Shown piece by piece: positions 20,930 through 32,559 of a stretch of 33,000 bases of DNA (the stretch's first letter is position 1; every line of letters starts with the position of its first letter). Source of the DNA: Dicyema japonicum (Eukaryota > Animalia > Dicyemida). The translations under genes and the position numbers were made by a program. The stretch covers positions 288,662 to 321,661 of the forward strand of contig RDEW01000053.1 of NCBI GenBank assembly GCA_011109175.1, given 5' to 3'. The notes under the pieces are model-generated. The model was not told the origin of the DNA, did no database searches, and worked only from the letters and a program-made list of their open reading frames with translations.

Positions 20930-22015
20930 ATGGTGGAACCAAAATTCTTATTCTGATTCTTCATTGAAGTGCAAATATTCGGCAAGGTCTGTAAAACGAC
21001 GAGTAATGGCCCTGATGAATTTGATGAACGATCAGGTCTCGTTGAGGATTGAAAGAGACAAACAGATATTCCGAATTAATAAGAAATATGAATCCAAGAG
21101 GAAATCTATATTCGAGAAGGTATCTCTTAACTAATCTCCCAGCGACGTCAAATCGTCGAAGGAACCTATGAACCTACCGACGAAGAGAGCAACTGGACTA
21201 ATTCCTTTGATTCAATAAGAATTTTCAGACCCGTGAGGTCTGATAGGAATGTCGTTCGTGGAATTCCCAAGTTTTGGCTCACTGTTTTAAAGAACAGTGA
21301 GTTGTTAAATTGTTTCACTGTATAAAGTTTTTCTGATGAATAGGAGAACGACGAGAAGGTTCTCAAGGATTTGGTGGACATTCGTGTGGTCTCTCAGAAC
21401 ATAAGTGATAATTTGGCAGTTTGTGAACCTGTAACCGTAGTATTGGCGTGTCATCTTCGAGTTTTCACCAAACAAATATTTTACTAACAAGGAACTGATT
21501 CTTTCTGTGGTGGACATTTTCAGCACAGAAGGCATGAAGAGGCTTTATTACGATGGTCCGAAGTCTTTCATCCTGACGGGGTACAGTGGCTCTGACTCTT
21601 AGGTGCCAGATAGATTGGAAACCTTTTATGAACTTGACAGAAAAAGTACGAACGAATCATAATCGAGTGAATAAGCAATCGATAATATTGACGGAGATTA
21701 CACCTACACATTCAATATTCAAAATCTTCAATCCTTCCTTTTGTAGTATTATATTCACTATTTAGTATATAAAAATAATTATGATGCGGAGGAGGATCCA
21801 AAGGTTGTGACGATGATGAGTTTAGGTTGACTTCACTAGAATAATGTTTGAGGATGTTCTGAAGTTGTGTAAAATTTTGAGGGATAATGTGATTCCACAT
21901 GCTGAGTTGTATTTTCTGAATCAGATTAGGATTAAAGTTTTGTTTGTGTATAATTTAGGATTCTAATGTCTCGAATAATGATCATCAAGACTGTTCGAGT
22001 AGTAGTAGTACGTAG
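20930..22015 (+). CDS. NAP1: Nucleosome assembly protein 1 (NAP1-family histone chaperone), micro-intron gene; start uncertain
   Basis: Introns 21120-21142, 21320-21343, 21419-21440, 21581-21602, 21743-21765, 21804-21825 and probably 21937-21958 (22-24 nt) give a continuous frame: SVKRRVMALMNL..RRQIVEGTYEPTDEESNW..GIPKFWLTVLKN..ENDEKVLKDLVDI..FEFSPNKYFTNKEL..YDGP..TGCQIDWK..ILRDNVIPHAELYF. The start may be ATG 20930 with a 37-nt intron or a later ATG. The stop is at 22015, or at 21966 if the last intron is not used. Confidence 0.9.
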
Positions 22016-22299
22016 AATGATGAGTTTAATTTGTTTTTCTTACATTTCCGTTAGAGCTTGGTTTTTGTTATTTTTAATTTGTGATGGAGTATGTTAAGGA
22101 TATTTTTATCTGTAAGAGGAGACATCGTAATAGTTTTTAGATAAACTATCTCAAATATATAGCTTCCGGTGAACCTTCATTAAGGTAAGGCTCTTAAATA
22201 AAAATTATTAATTAATAGAGCAACCATATCCTTGTAATAAAAATGCACCAAATTAATGTGCTTCCTATACAATTGAGTCATCCAATTTTAAAAAGGTCA

Positions 22300-22930
22300 T
22301 CTGAACATATGCAAGCACAACGTTTATCTTCTGGAGGCATTCTGTAAAGATTTGCTTCGAATGGGAGTTGGAATTTAACAGCCTTACGTACGCTACCCCA
22401 AGAATTGAAGGAGACCTTGTTACCGGTATCTGAAAAATATCCAAAATAAATTTTCAATTCTTCTTTAAAAGACGGTCTGAAAAGAATAAAGTAAAAAAGT
22501 TGAGTTTGCGGCCAAAATCGTAAGGCTGATAGCAATCAACCAATTGTTATGTCAAAATCTCCATTGTGTCCTGCAGGTATTAAACATGTAATGGGAGTTA
22601 CCTAGCATGATCGCGAGCGTCATTCTAGGCACACCCTTCCGCAGTCCTGAAAGCCGCCCTCTTGCTTAAAAATTTCGCTATATGGGCATTGACTGCTTTT
22701 TTCCATCATAAGTAATACTTCAACCTATTTGCCTCATCCCTGTGGTTGATGGATATTAATGTACGCTTGCCACTGAAACTATTGCAGACTGACTTTCTAA
22801 TGAGAATCACAAATGTCTCAAATACCGAATACAGTCGTAAAAACACACATGGATCCAGTCCATATTTAAGCCTTATAATTAAGTCAAATCCACGTGGAGA
22901 GAAAGACAAACCCTTATAAGTTTCCAAACT
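22300..22930 (-). mobile_element. Highly decayed RT remnant, possibly RLE-type (R2-like)
   Basis: RTLIS..KRAAFRTAEGCA*N resembles QRGF..GCxEN. Downstream motifs are only weakly recognisable. Confidence 0.35.
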
Positions 22931-23029
22931 TAAAAGAGGTAGAAACTAGTGTTCTCAAAGTTAAGTAAAATGACATTTGTGTTATCACCCTAAAAATAAG
23001 CTGTATTGTGGATTTGTTTCAGACACCCT

Positions 23030-23290
23030 GAGCAGCTGCGTCGACTACGGAAAACCTAAAAATCAAGAAATATTCTTGCCTCAAAGACCGCTACCGATTT
23101 ACTCCTGTTGCGATCGAATCATCGGGAGCCGTTGGTCCAATGACGGCTGAGTCCTTGGAGAACTCGGAGGAATGCTTGCCAGAAAAAAAAGGATCAACGA
23201 GAAGGGTTATGGCTGAGACAAAAGATTGAAATAGCCATACTCCAAAGGAACTCGCTCGCAATCCACGCAGCCGGCTTTCTCAACTAACAT
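23030..23290 (+). mobile_element. CRE-clade 3' fragment
   Basis: KIKKYSCLKDRYRFTPVAIESSGAVGP..REGLWLRQKIEIAILQRN; nucleotide-similar to 6500-6600. Confidence 0.8.
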
Positions 23291-23439
23291 TTGTTTCTTT
23301 GTTAAAAAATTATTTTTTGAAAAAAAAGTTATTACAATGTTTGCAAAGTGTTATAAATTATTAAATGGCATTCGAGATTGAATACGCATCCCTTCTTACG
23401 ATTTGTATAAAAATTTGAAATGAAATTATTCCAAGGACA

Positions 23440-23630
23440 GGGTAAAACCAAAGCAATTAAACCTCTGATCTTCCAGTAGAACCCTGATCCGAACACAATA
23501 ATCAAATGACATTGTTCGGAAGCTGAGGTCGAAATTGTCTGACGGTGAATGAATAGATTGATCCTTTGAATGTGGGAAGAGCATGGTAGTCTCCTAAATA
23601 AAGTATCCAATGACGCTATTGAAGAGAGGG
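23440..23630 (-). repeat. Unclassified dispersed repeat, copy 1 of 3
   Basis: Aligns with 27865-28095 and 32040-32250 through shared blocks AGCTGAGGT, CGAAATTGTCT, GAATAG and ATCCAATGAC, with a ~26-nt internal deletion. Confidence 0.65.
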
Positions 23631-25280
23631 AATTTCTGTCAAAAGCTATGATAGAATTTTATATTTTTAATGAAATAGTAAAGGTCATTCACGAACAAAG
23701 TACTGTAATCCGAAAAAACCACAGATATCTAAGAATCAAAGTTGATTAACGAAAGACATGGTATTATGAGACTAGAAAAATTAATTATTTCCTTGATACA
23801 CCATACTCAGAGAAATCCAATTGTACATGGCAGTGAGCTACTTACAATCATTAAAACAGTTCATCTACTTTTATGTGGACATATGAGTCGATAATTTAAT
23901 TTTACATGACCGGACCGGTGAAAAAATATTGATGGATAATGTTAATGGTTCAGATCACCTCATTTTAATAAAATTATACATTTTTCCGCCGGGCTTCTTG
24001 CCGAGAAACTATGTCTTAAAACTGAATAAACCCCAAGATCTGGGAAATATTATAAATGTGATGGTCTAACATAAACTACGGCCAATTGCTGACTACTCAA
24101 TCGGTCGACATGAGAGGTAATCTTATTGCTGACTCCTTTGAAAAATGGTGATTATAACCCGAATATCCATACAAGGACACCAGTACGAAAAAATGATAAC
24201 TTAATTCACTAGACCTGTCCATTTCTTTCTTAAAAATTGCCTCGTTAATTTCCTGGCATGCACGTTATCACGTCTAATGGAAAAATAAATCTCATTTCCC
24301 TCTTGCTACCACCAACACACTTAAGTTCTTTGACAAATTATCTCGGAAGGCTTCAACGAACCCAATCGGTGTCAAAAGACATCCAAAAGGCTTTTGTTTC
24401 AGACCCGAGAATTCTACTAACGAATATGGTCTTCAACACCTCATTTATTCGACTTTAAAACAATCGATAGCCATTTTTCTTCCGAACGAAGTGGAAGTGT
24501 TTGTATATTTCATTCTTGATCGAGATGCCGTCTCTTTCCGAATGAAGTCCCTAAGGAAGACCTTTTTCTCCAGCCCTTTTTAACTTGTTCATAAGTGACT
24601 TATCCTGCCTTGGTAGGACTAATTTAATTTTTCTAACATGTGCTGACGATTTAATTATTGCAAGCAGAAACAGATACGTGGATATGGTAAAATTAGAACT
24701 TCAGTTGTACCTAAACGACCTGGGGCTCGACTGTCTTTGAACCGACGTTCCGTGTCTACGGTAAATCTTGGGCTTATAGAATTTCCATTTGAACCTTTAG
24801 CGATTAATTCTTTAAGAGTAAAATTGCAATTTTTCTGGGTAACTATTCCCCCATTACTTGGCTACGCGGCAATCCGTAACAATGGGTTCTGTTTCATCAC
24901 TCTTTGGCTCAGAATTTGACCGCTTCTTTCAATCAGCTTTAGAAACCTCTGAATTCTGATGAAAAAAGAGCATTATGAATTCAAAAAAGCTGTGGGTACT
25001 ATTATGAGGAAGACACAAAACCTCTCGGTAAAAGTTGAATCTACTGGGATTACTTAATCAGTTGATTTATCTAATTTCTTGGTGTTCCCTTTTTGGATAA
25101 TAAAAATAAATAATAAATTAACTAATGATTCGCTTCATTGAATTTGTTTAATCTACTAGCTCCATTGACATATTGTATCTAGAATTGCCACGTGGAGCCA
25201 ACGTTAGTGTGGTGCTACGTGGCTAAATGAATTGAAGATTATTTGTTGGATTCTTTTGTTCCTCTATTCCATTTTGGCTA

Positions 25281-26048
25281 AAGCGAGATTGAAATGTTAA
25301 TTTGCAAGCGAGATGGTGTGGAAACCGGATAGGTAGTGGAGTATGGTTCTGGGGATTTATGTGTTAGTTCTGGGAGATAGTTTCCGACGAGGATGGGATT
25401 GATCCTGCTGGTACTTACCATGGAGATTCTGACCTCCAGTTGGAGCGAATCAACGTGTACTACAACGAGACTACAGGTAATCAAATGTGACTAAGTTTTA
25501 ATAACTGGGGATGTATGTTTCCAGAGTCATCATGGTTGACTTGGATCCTGGAACCATGGACCATTTGGACAGATCTTCCGACCTGACAACTTCGTTTTTC
25601 GAAGATCAGGAGCCAGAAATAACCATGCGAAGGGGTTTCACACAAAACCAGAGTTGGTCGACTATGCTATGGAAGTTTTAACGAAAAGAGGCCAAGAAAT
25701 GTGACTGTTTTCAAGGATTCCAACTCACTCATTCACTGGGAGGTAGAACTGGATCAGGAATGGGTTCTCGGATTATTCGTCGTGTCAGAGAGGAGTTTTC
25801 CTAATCCAATTATGTGTACCTTCTCGGTCCTTCCTTCTCCTAAGGTGAATTGTCAGTGAATTAACCACGTTATAGGTCTCTGATACAGTTTTGAGCCGTA
25901 CAATACCATACTCTCAATGCATCACTCGTCGAGCACACTAATCAGACCTACTGTATCGAAAATGAGGTCCTCTATGATATTAACTTCAGAACCCTCCGTT
26001 TGACTACTCCTACATGTGATGATCCCTACCATTTGGTATCTGCCACCA
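25281..26048 (+). pseudogene. TUBB: Beta-tubulin pseudogene, unprocessed, truncated at ~aa 235
   Basis: [62 protein letters not shown] and FSVLPSPK|VSDTV. The start ATG is lost (AAG), there are frameshifts, SVRSG is deleted, and intron 2 has a mutated acceptor. It retains 27-31-nt introns after codons ~19, ~56 and ~174. Confidence 0.93.
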
Positions 26049-26354
26049 GTGACTACATGTTTTTTTTGTGAATAGGTTGAGTATTTATTTGAACTATAAT
26101 GGACATCAAATCAGGTAAAATTTAAGAGGGGTTATGTCGTTGTATATAAAGGTCATTGATAGAAGCAAGAGATGCCATTCTTGACTCGATGTCATAACAT
26201 GAAATTAATCATAAGAGAGTCCAAGCCATGGGTGGACTTGTGGTGAGTAGCCTCAAATTAACACTCTCTTTACTTTTTTTGATAAATAAAGTTTGTTAAA
26301 GTTAAACGTTAAAAAAATTTGAAAGATTGGTGGAAGAGTTCTATAGTTAAGATG

Positions 26355-27090
26355 GTCTTTAAACCTGGTAAAAATGAGAGACCCTCTGATCTATAGGTCG
26401 ATCAGTCTCATGTGCTCGATATCAAAGATTATTGAGCAGATTATCTAAAAAATGATATGTCGGCAATATTGAAGAGCGTAATTTTTTTTCTCGCAACAAT
26501 GGGGAGATTATGTACTGACTATATCTACCAGTTGAACACTGACTGTTAGTAAAGCAGTTGAACCTGGTGTGCCTTGATATTTCCAAGGCATTCGATAATC
26601 TTTGCCACGAAGTCCTTCTGTCATAGCTTCATCGGCAAGTGTTCAGAAATACTTATTCATTGACAGGAAAAAAGTCCCAAGTGAAAGTGTGGGTTCTTCT
26701 CAGAAAGGATCTCTTTTGCAAAAGTAGAAAGGAGACTCAGAGAATACATTATGAGTGTCGAGAGGATGATGTACCGAAGAGGCCTGAAGCTATCTGCGGA
26801 ACATCAAACTCTTTGAGGATAAGTGGGCTCAAACGACACCATGATGAGTTATACACACTGGGAGTGACGAGAGTGCGATCACTCCGTTACTTAGGGGTTA
26901 CAATCTACCACGGAGGCAAATATTTAGTGATATTAAAAATAAGAGGAAAGGAGCTCTCCAGGCCCTTTTATGTACCCTCAAATTATGAGTCAACAAGGAG
27001 ATCTTCCTATTATATTCCGGGGATAATTCTGCTAGCTTAGGCAGAATTACTATATGGATGTGAAAATTTTACTTGAGGCGATGACGTCCC
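26355..27090 (+). mobile_element. Non-LTR RT remnant with internal deletion
   Basis: RSISLMCSISKIIEQI, VCLDISKAFDNLCHEVLL, RYLGVTI and LLYGCE; no PQG/YADD segment found. Confidence 0.75.
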
Positions 27091-27159
27091 TCAATTCCAC
27101 TGAAAGTCTTATCCTCAAATCAAAGATTCCCACACTTAACGGCAATCTATAGAAACTAC

Positions 27160-27420
27160 AGTTATACCGAGATCTCCTTAAATATATGAATCTATCTGTG
27201 TTTGCAATGGACCGAATCAAGCAGCAATGCGACAAAAACTTTTTTTCCTCCAATGGATTCTCCTCATTATAAACATGGCTTTTCCTTGCGAAAAATGCAT
27301 CCGACCGAATCAATTTGGGAATCGATGATACAAATTTATATCTTTCATGATGAATATTTAACTACCTTTGGATTGAACGTTTCAAGAAACGTTGGTAATA
27401 TTTTACCTTTCCGTCATCTA
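27160..27420 (+). mobile_element. Possible pogo/CENP-B HTH remnant
   Basis: LGIDD..NYLWIERFKKRW resembles the GWLxRFKKR motif; there are stops throughout. Confidence 0.4.
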
Positions 27421-27864
27421 TTCGGATCATTTAGCTACACGCAGAAAACTCTGGTGCAACAATGATATATATTATGTGACTCGATGCCAGGTGGGACTAC
27501 AATTAACGCAAGGTCTTGTCACGGTCACAATCATTAATCATATACTAGCTATCTTCCATTTCAACATGAAGTACAATTCAGACTCAATTGAAGGATGAAT
27601 GACACTATTTCATAGAATATCAAATAGCTAATCCTGATTATTATATAATTTGTTACAGATCAGTTTAAATCGATGATAATTTTTAACCGGGAAATTCACC
27701 GCTTGAGTCAACTATTTAGAAATATATTAAAGGCTTTAAAATTTGAGCAAAGACAGCTATACTAGGTCCTTAAATTTCAATATTAAGTTAATGAGATCAT
27801 TTTTTCAGTCACTGTAACTGCATGGTGCCATATAGCTGCTTAATTAAAGATTTTTCTTCTTAAT

Positions 27865-28095
27865 CCCTCTAGTGGTGTCATTGGATCCACGCTACTAAGG
27901 AGACGCCAAATGCTGGCCGGCATTCAAAAAGATCCAACTATTCTTTCCACCGAGAGACAATTTCGTTCCCCGGCGATGAGTGCTGAATTCAACCTCAGCT
28001 CTTTGACAACGTCCTCTGGATCACTGTTCTTGGGTGAAGCTTATGTTGGACGCTTCAGGATCAAGGAATTAGTTAGTTTCACTCTTGATCTTTGA
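27865..28095 (+). repeat. Unclassified dispersed repeat, copy 2 of 3
   Basis: One frame reads WIHATKETPNAGRHSKRSNYSFHRETISFPGDEC*IQPQLFDNVLWITVLG; homologous to 32040-32250 and 23440-23630. Confidence 0.7.
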
Positions 28096-28673
28096 ATAAT
28101 TAATTTTATTATTATATCATAGAATTATATAACTATTATCTTATCTTTCATCATTTAGTCAAGTAGATGTTACGTACAATACAAGAACGCCAGTCCATTA
28201 AAAGCTCTAGACCAATAATCTATGAGAACTCGAAAATACGAATATCCGCTGATCCGATGGTCTTTCATATTTCCACTCATTAGAAGAGACTGAGAGAAAG
28301 AGGACAAATTTATAATAAGGCATCGGATTTCTTCTTAACAGTCACTCACTGATCGACAATTAAAATCAAAACTTACAAGCCGATACTCAATTAGTCCTCC
28401 TACTCCACACACTAAATGAATAGATCCTTAATAAAAACTTGAATGTTATCGATGTTATCAGTTCTACTTCTTCAGTACAAGTCGACTGATAAAATTACTG
28501 GTTATCAAAACTCCGTAGTTCGTCCAGTATAGGTACGTTATTATAAAGGGGAGCAGCTTCTGACAATCAATTAGATGAACAGTTAATCAGATCTAAAACC
28601 TTCGACGAGCATACTAATAATCCTCACAACAAACAAAAACACTAAGCAATTTAAACAAAAAATAAATTTCAAT

Positions 28674-29326
28674 TTATGGATGAAAGTTTTTGCTTATAAA
28701 CAGATTTTTTTGTAGAAGCCTGATTTCTTCATAAATAAGAATCGCCGGCCCCAGGAGAAGATTCATGCGAGTCAACACATCATCCCGCTTCAGAAGAAAA
28801 AGAGCAAACCCATCGATTTCCTGATAAATGAATCAAACAGTCCACCTGGTCCAAAAATATCTGAGATTCTTCAGGATACCCCAATCCCTTCACCCAATCC
28901 GCCACTTCCAGAGAGGTCCACCCAACAAAGTCCACCACTTTGACCTGGGGCAATTCTCTACTGCAATCACGACAGGTCCAGGAAAATGCTCCAGATGCTG
29001 TAACATGGTTGTTAACATAGGGATTGTTGCAGTCCAGGTTGAAATGCAAAATCACAACCTATACAGACGACGAGATCACTCTCGTACCCGTCTTGTCCAC
29101 AAACTGCGCAGGTTTGGCAGTCTATGCAAAGCCAATTTCCAGTTTTTCTACACTTATTGAGATTTGCTGGATAATTAAGACAGTGGATGTGGTCTATAAG
29201 ACTTTAGAGGAAACTTTTACACAAGTTCATACAATCAGAACATTCAAGCATCTCATCAACGTAACCGGAAGTTATACAATGTCTGCAAGTTGATAGTTTC
29301 TCCACATTTGATAATAATGTATTCAT
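28674..29326 (-). CDS. Double PHD finger (DPF-type) + SAM domain protein, ~199 aa, with one 1-nt frameshift as assembled
   Basis: ATG at 29326; introns 29194-29220 (27 nt) and 28821-28845 (25 nt). PHD1: CRHC..CSDCMNLYHIHC..WLCIDC. PHD2: CAVC..CIGCDFAF(H)LDC..WTCRDC. SAM: WTSLEVADWVKGLGYPEESQIFLDQEIDGFALFLLKRDDVLTRMNLLLGPAILIYEEI, similar to SAMD1/atherin-type QEIDG..LGPA. An extra base at 29039-29040 breaks the PHD2 His codon. Confidence 0.85.
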
Positions 29327-30099
29327 CAAAACAAATAAATATTAATTTTTTTATAATTTTATTTAAATAATTTTTAATAAGTACCGATCTTTATTTTTCC
29401 TGGACTTTTCTGAAAGGGAATCTCTAACCGATTTCCTGTGATATCACGGGAAGAAGCGCTTCCAGGATGCGGGAGGTATGATAGAGGATCACAGACGTAA
29501 AATGGGATTACTTATTGCTGGAACTGGGATCATCTGATTATACTTTGTCGTTCTTTATCCGTGACTATGGAATTCTAAGTACATTTATACGTATTCATGC
29601 AGATAAATGTAGTTTTTATGTGATTTAGTGGTCTCAATGCGATTTGCATGGGTGATGCCTACTTTTAGGACAGCCTTTAACAAAAATTTAAATCTGCTAG
29701 ATGGTCGTTGAATTAATAGTCCTCCATCGAAGGTTCTGGAATCTTCAAATATTTTTCTTTGTGAGGTTTCTATTAGTTAAGTATAGAATAAACTTATTTC
29801 CAAGAGACATCCTAGTTCTGAATAATCCGTTAAGTTTCTCTTGGTTTCTTATTCATACAGTGTCCTGTTTTAAATAGAAAATCATAGTTTGATAAACACT
29901 TGAGAATTGATGTACCTGATCCATAGAATTGAATAAAAATTCATTTTATATACTTCTTTCTGAGCTAGTGGAGGTTTGTTATTAGGACATGCCTTTTAAT
30001 ATCTCCATTGTTTAATCTAAATTCCAAGTGGAGGAATCTTGGCGTTTTAACTAATTTCAACTCTAAAAAAGATTAAATATAAAAATGTAATTTAGTTTA

Positions 30100-30386
30100 A
30101 AAACCGTTTATGTCCATTCTAAGCACACAAACGCCCCTGCAAATGTAATAATGGGCAATTACTTTAACAATGAGAACAAACCATCCTTCAGAGGAAAACC
30201 CAAAGTCATTTTACCCGTGGCTCTGAACAAGGATCTTAATGGAATTGAAAAAAACTTAAATCTGCAGAAGACCTAGATGATCTGAGGACAGATACGCAAA
30301 ACAGAGGGCAAAGCAGAGGACAAGAGACTTTAGTTAAAATGCTTTGGTTCTGTGAAAGTGCTTTTTAATAATAATAATAATAATAA
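30100..30386 (+). mobile_element. RTE-like LINE 3' end with (TAA)n tail
   Basis: IMGNYF..FRGKPKVILPVALNKDL..LKSAEDLDDLR parallels the 3' end of 11908-13215; (TAA)7 tail at ~30366-30386. Confidence 0.75.
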
Positions 30387-30391
30387 AAACC

Positions 30392-30540
30392 GTGAGTGCG
30401 AAGACGGACGCGTTTCTCTCCATCATTGAAAGCAAACTCGCCTCAAAAAAGTGTGAGCCACGGGAGAGGCTCTGATTGATGCATATGCTCGAAATGACGA
30501 TTATCAAAGATAACGCCTTCTCCATTCTGTCGTCCTAGTT
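30392..30540 (+). mobile_element. CRE-clade extreme 3' fragment
   Basis: AFLSIIESKLASKKCEPRERL*LMHMLEMTIIKDNAFSILSS* parallels 23200-23290. Confidence 0.6.
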
Positions 30541-30789
30541 ATTTATAATTTTAAAAATAAATTATCTTGTTTAAAAAAAAGTTTAAAAATTGGTTTAATT
30601 AAGTTTAAATTAATCTGAATAAGAACCCCTTTTAAAAATTGTGAGCAATTTTTAAAAACCAATAACGAAGAAAACAATACCATTGAAATGATAATAGAAA
30701 CAAGCATCTTCTACATTTAAGGTTTCACCATCAGCTTTATCCGACTGTATAACAAAATTCAGTGAATTTTTAAAAATAATTCATCTGGA

Positions 30790-31200
30790 TGTCAAAGTAC
30801 AACATAACAAGCCGGACATATTTGTTTGATAAAAGGACAAGTGAGATTACTTTAGTAGAGGTTGGAATCACTTCTCAGGAATTGCTGAAGGTGGTTGAAG
30901 TAGAAAAACTTGATATGACGGCCAACCTCCTCGTTGGAGAGTTGTCTCAAATTTACAATGCGAAAGTTATTCCTATTGTTTTGACTTGGGAGGGAATTGT
31001 AAGTTCTACAAGTTATATATGGATGTTTTGGATGTGGATATAATTCCGAGATTAAATCTATTGTGTTAAACAAAACTCTTGAAAGCATGTTAGTGGAGCA
31101 GCGACATGGGATGAACTTTCAAGAGAGTGATGTCATTCATTTCCTACAACGAAAGTCTCTACAACAATTTGAGGATGACGGAATCGTGCCCATAGAACAA
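30790..31200 (+). mobile_element. RLE-type (R4/HERO-like) endonuclease fragment, same family as 10690-11640
   Basis: DKRTSEITLVEVGITSQELLKVVEVEK..LVGELSQIYNAKVIPIVLTWEGIV..LNKTLESMLVEQRHG. Confidence 0.85.
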
Positions 31201-31481
31201 CAATGCTGGAGTGAAGATCATATTGGTGATGGTGACCGAAAGATTGCAGTTAGAGAGACAAGGAATGGCTCAAAACGAAAGAAATTAAATTAATACATGC
31301 AATCAAGTTTAAATATTTAATTCTGACTATTGGTTTTTGTTTAATTAAAATTAAACAGCAATTAATCCTTACTTTGAATATGAGTACTTGCATGTTCTTT
31401 AATATTCATTATAAAAGGTTGTTCAATAAATTATAATTTATTTTCCCATACTTTTAAATTAGTTTATACTTTCACAATATT

Positions 31482-31637
31482 CATCAGTCTCATTGCCGAA
31501 CAGGATTGTTTATAAAGGACTTCTGCTTCCTTGGTTCCTCTTCGAATATTTAATACTACTGGTCTGTGCTTAAAAATAAAGTGTGTATCCTGTCTGGGAT
31601 GAGCGATATGACTCCTCTTAAAGAGCAGTATTATTAT
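31482..31637 (+). mobile_element. SINE-like short retroposon, copy 3 (5' truncated)
   Basis: CATCAGT..CTCATTGCCGAACAGGATTGT..AAAGGAC..TTCCTTGGTTC..AAAATAAAGTGTGTATCCTG..TATTATTAT aligns with copy 1. Confidence 0.7.
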
Positions 31638-32039
31638 GAGTCTTGTAGAAGATCAGTTTTTTGGTGAAGTATTCAATAGCGTCAAACCTAGGGTAACAGC
31701 GGAATGTACAACTGTGAGATTAGAACAAAACCTATAAAGAGGGTAGTTTTAAATCCATTTTCATAGTTTTCACAGTCCATTTTACAAAGGAGATTAATTT
31801 TATTTAACCAGAAATACACCGTCAGAGACAACAAAAANTTATTTAAAGATAATATACAGTTTTATTATTATTTTTTTTAATTCACTATTTATTTCAGTAC
31901 TAAGGTTTTATAGAAAAAATATTTTTTTTGAATTTATTCTCAAGTGTTAATTAATTAAATTAAAAGTGTCCAGGCTATTGATGGTGACAATACTTATTAC
32001 ATATAAATATTTCTTTTTAATTAAAACCTTAAAATCTTA

Positions 32040-32250
32040 TCGAAGTAAATCCACATTACTCAGGAAAAGTCTAATGTTCTGCCGCATTCATAAGATCCAT
32101 TTATTCATTCCACCTGGAGACAATTTCACTTCCGGGAGACGAGTTCTGGAATCTATCTCACTTTCTCAGACAACAGCATCTAGATTACTGTTCTTGGTTG
32201 AGAGTTCTGGCAGAACGCTTTAGGATCAAATAATTACTCTTGATCATTGG
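32040..32250 (+). repeat. Unclassified dispersed repeat, copy 3 of 3
   Basis: Reads RSIYSFHLETISLPGDEFW and ITVLG in the frame equivalent to copy 2. Confidence 0.7.
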
Positions 32251-32559
32251 AATAATTTTCTTATTTTAATTTAATATCCGGGCGATAATTTTATCACTAA
32301 AATTAAATAAGATCAAGTTATTCACAAACTAAGAAACCACTAATAGAGTCATCTGTCTTAATGCTTCTGCACTTCTAATCGAACGACAACAAAAATTCCC
32401 AAACAAACTGTCATCTTGCAAAATCCTTCTTAGATTCCTTGAAAACTCATCAATATATGAGTTAATTTCATATTTAACTATGATAACTTAGCTAAAGACA
32501 TTCATTTTTCCTTTTTAAACAAATGATTTTGTGTCAATTTAATATACTTGATGACCTAA

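Noticed and set aside
23740-24200. Possible Ginger/KRBA2-like integrase remnant (ELLTIIKTVHLLLCGHMSR)
   Set aside because: Only one short motif, and the catalytic core is not recognisable.
24250-24900. Possible CK1/TTBK-like kinase pseudogene on the minus strand (ELIAKGSNG, LVLPRQDKSL)
   Set aside because: No HRD or DFG motif could be recovered in any frame; too degenerate to support without a profile search.
25188-25224. Imperfect hairpin GCCACGTGG...CTACGTGGC upstream of the tubulin pseudogene
   Set aside because: Short and single-copy, with no Helitron or terminator context.
31838-31838. Single N base
   Set aside because: Assembly ambiguity or contig join, not biology; adjacency across it should be treated with caution.
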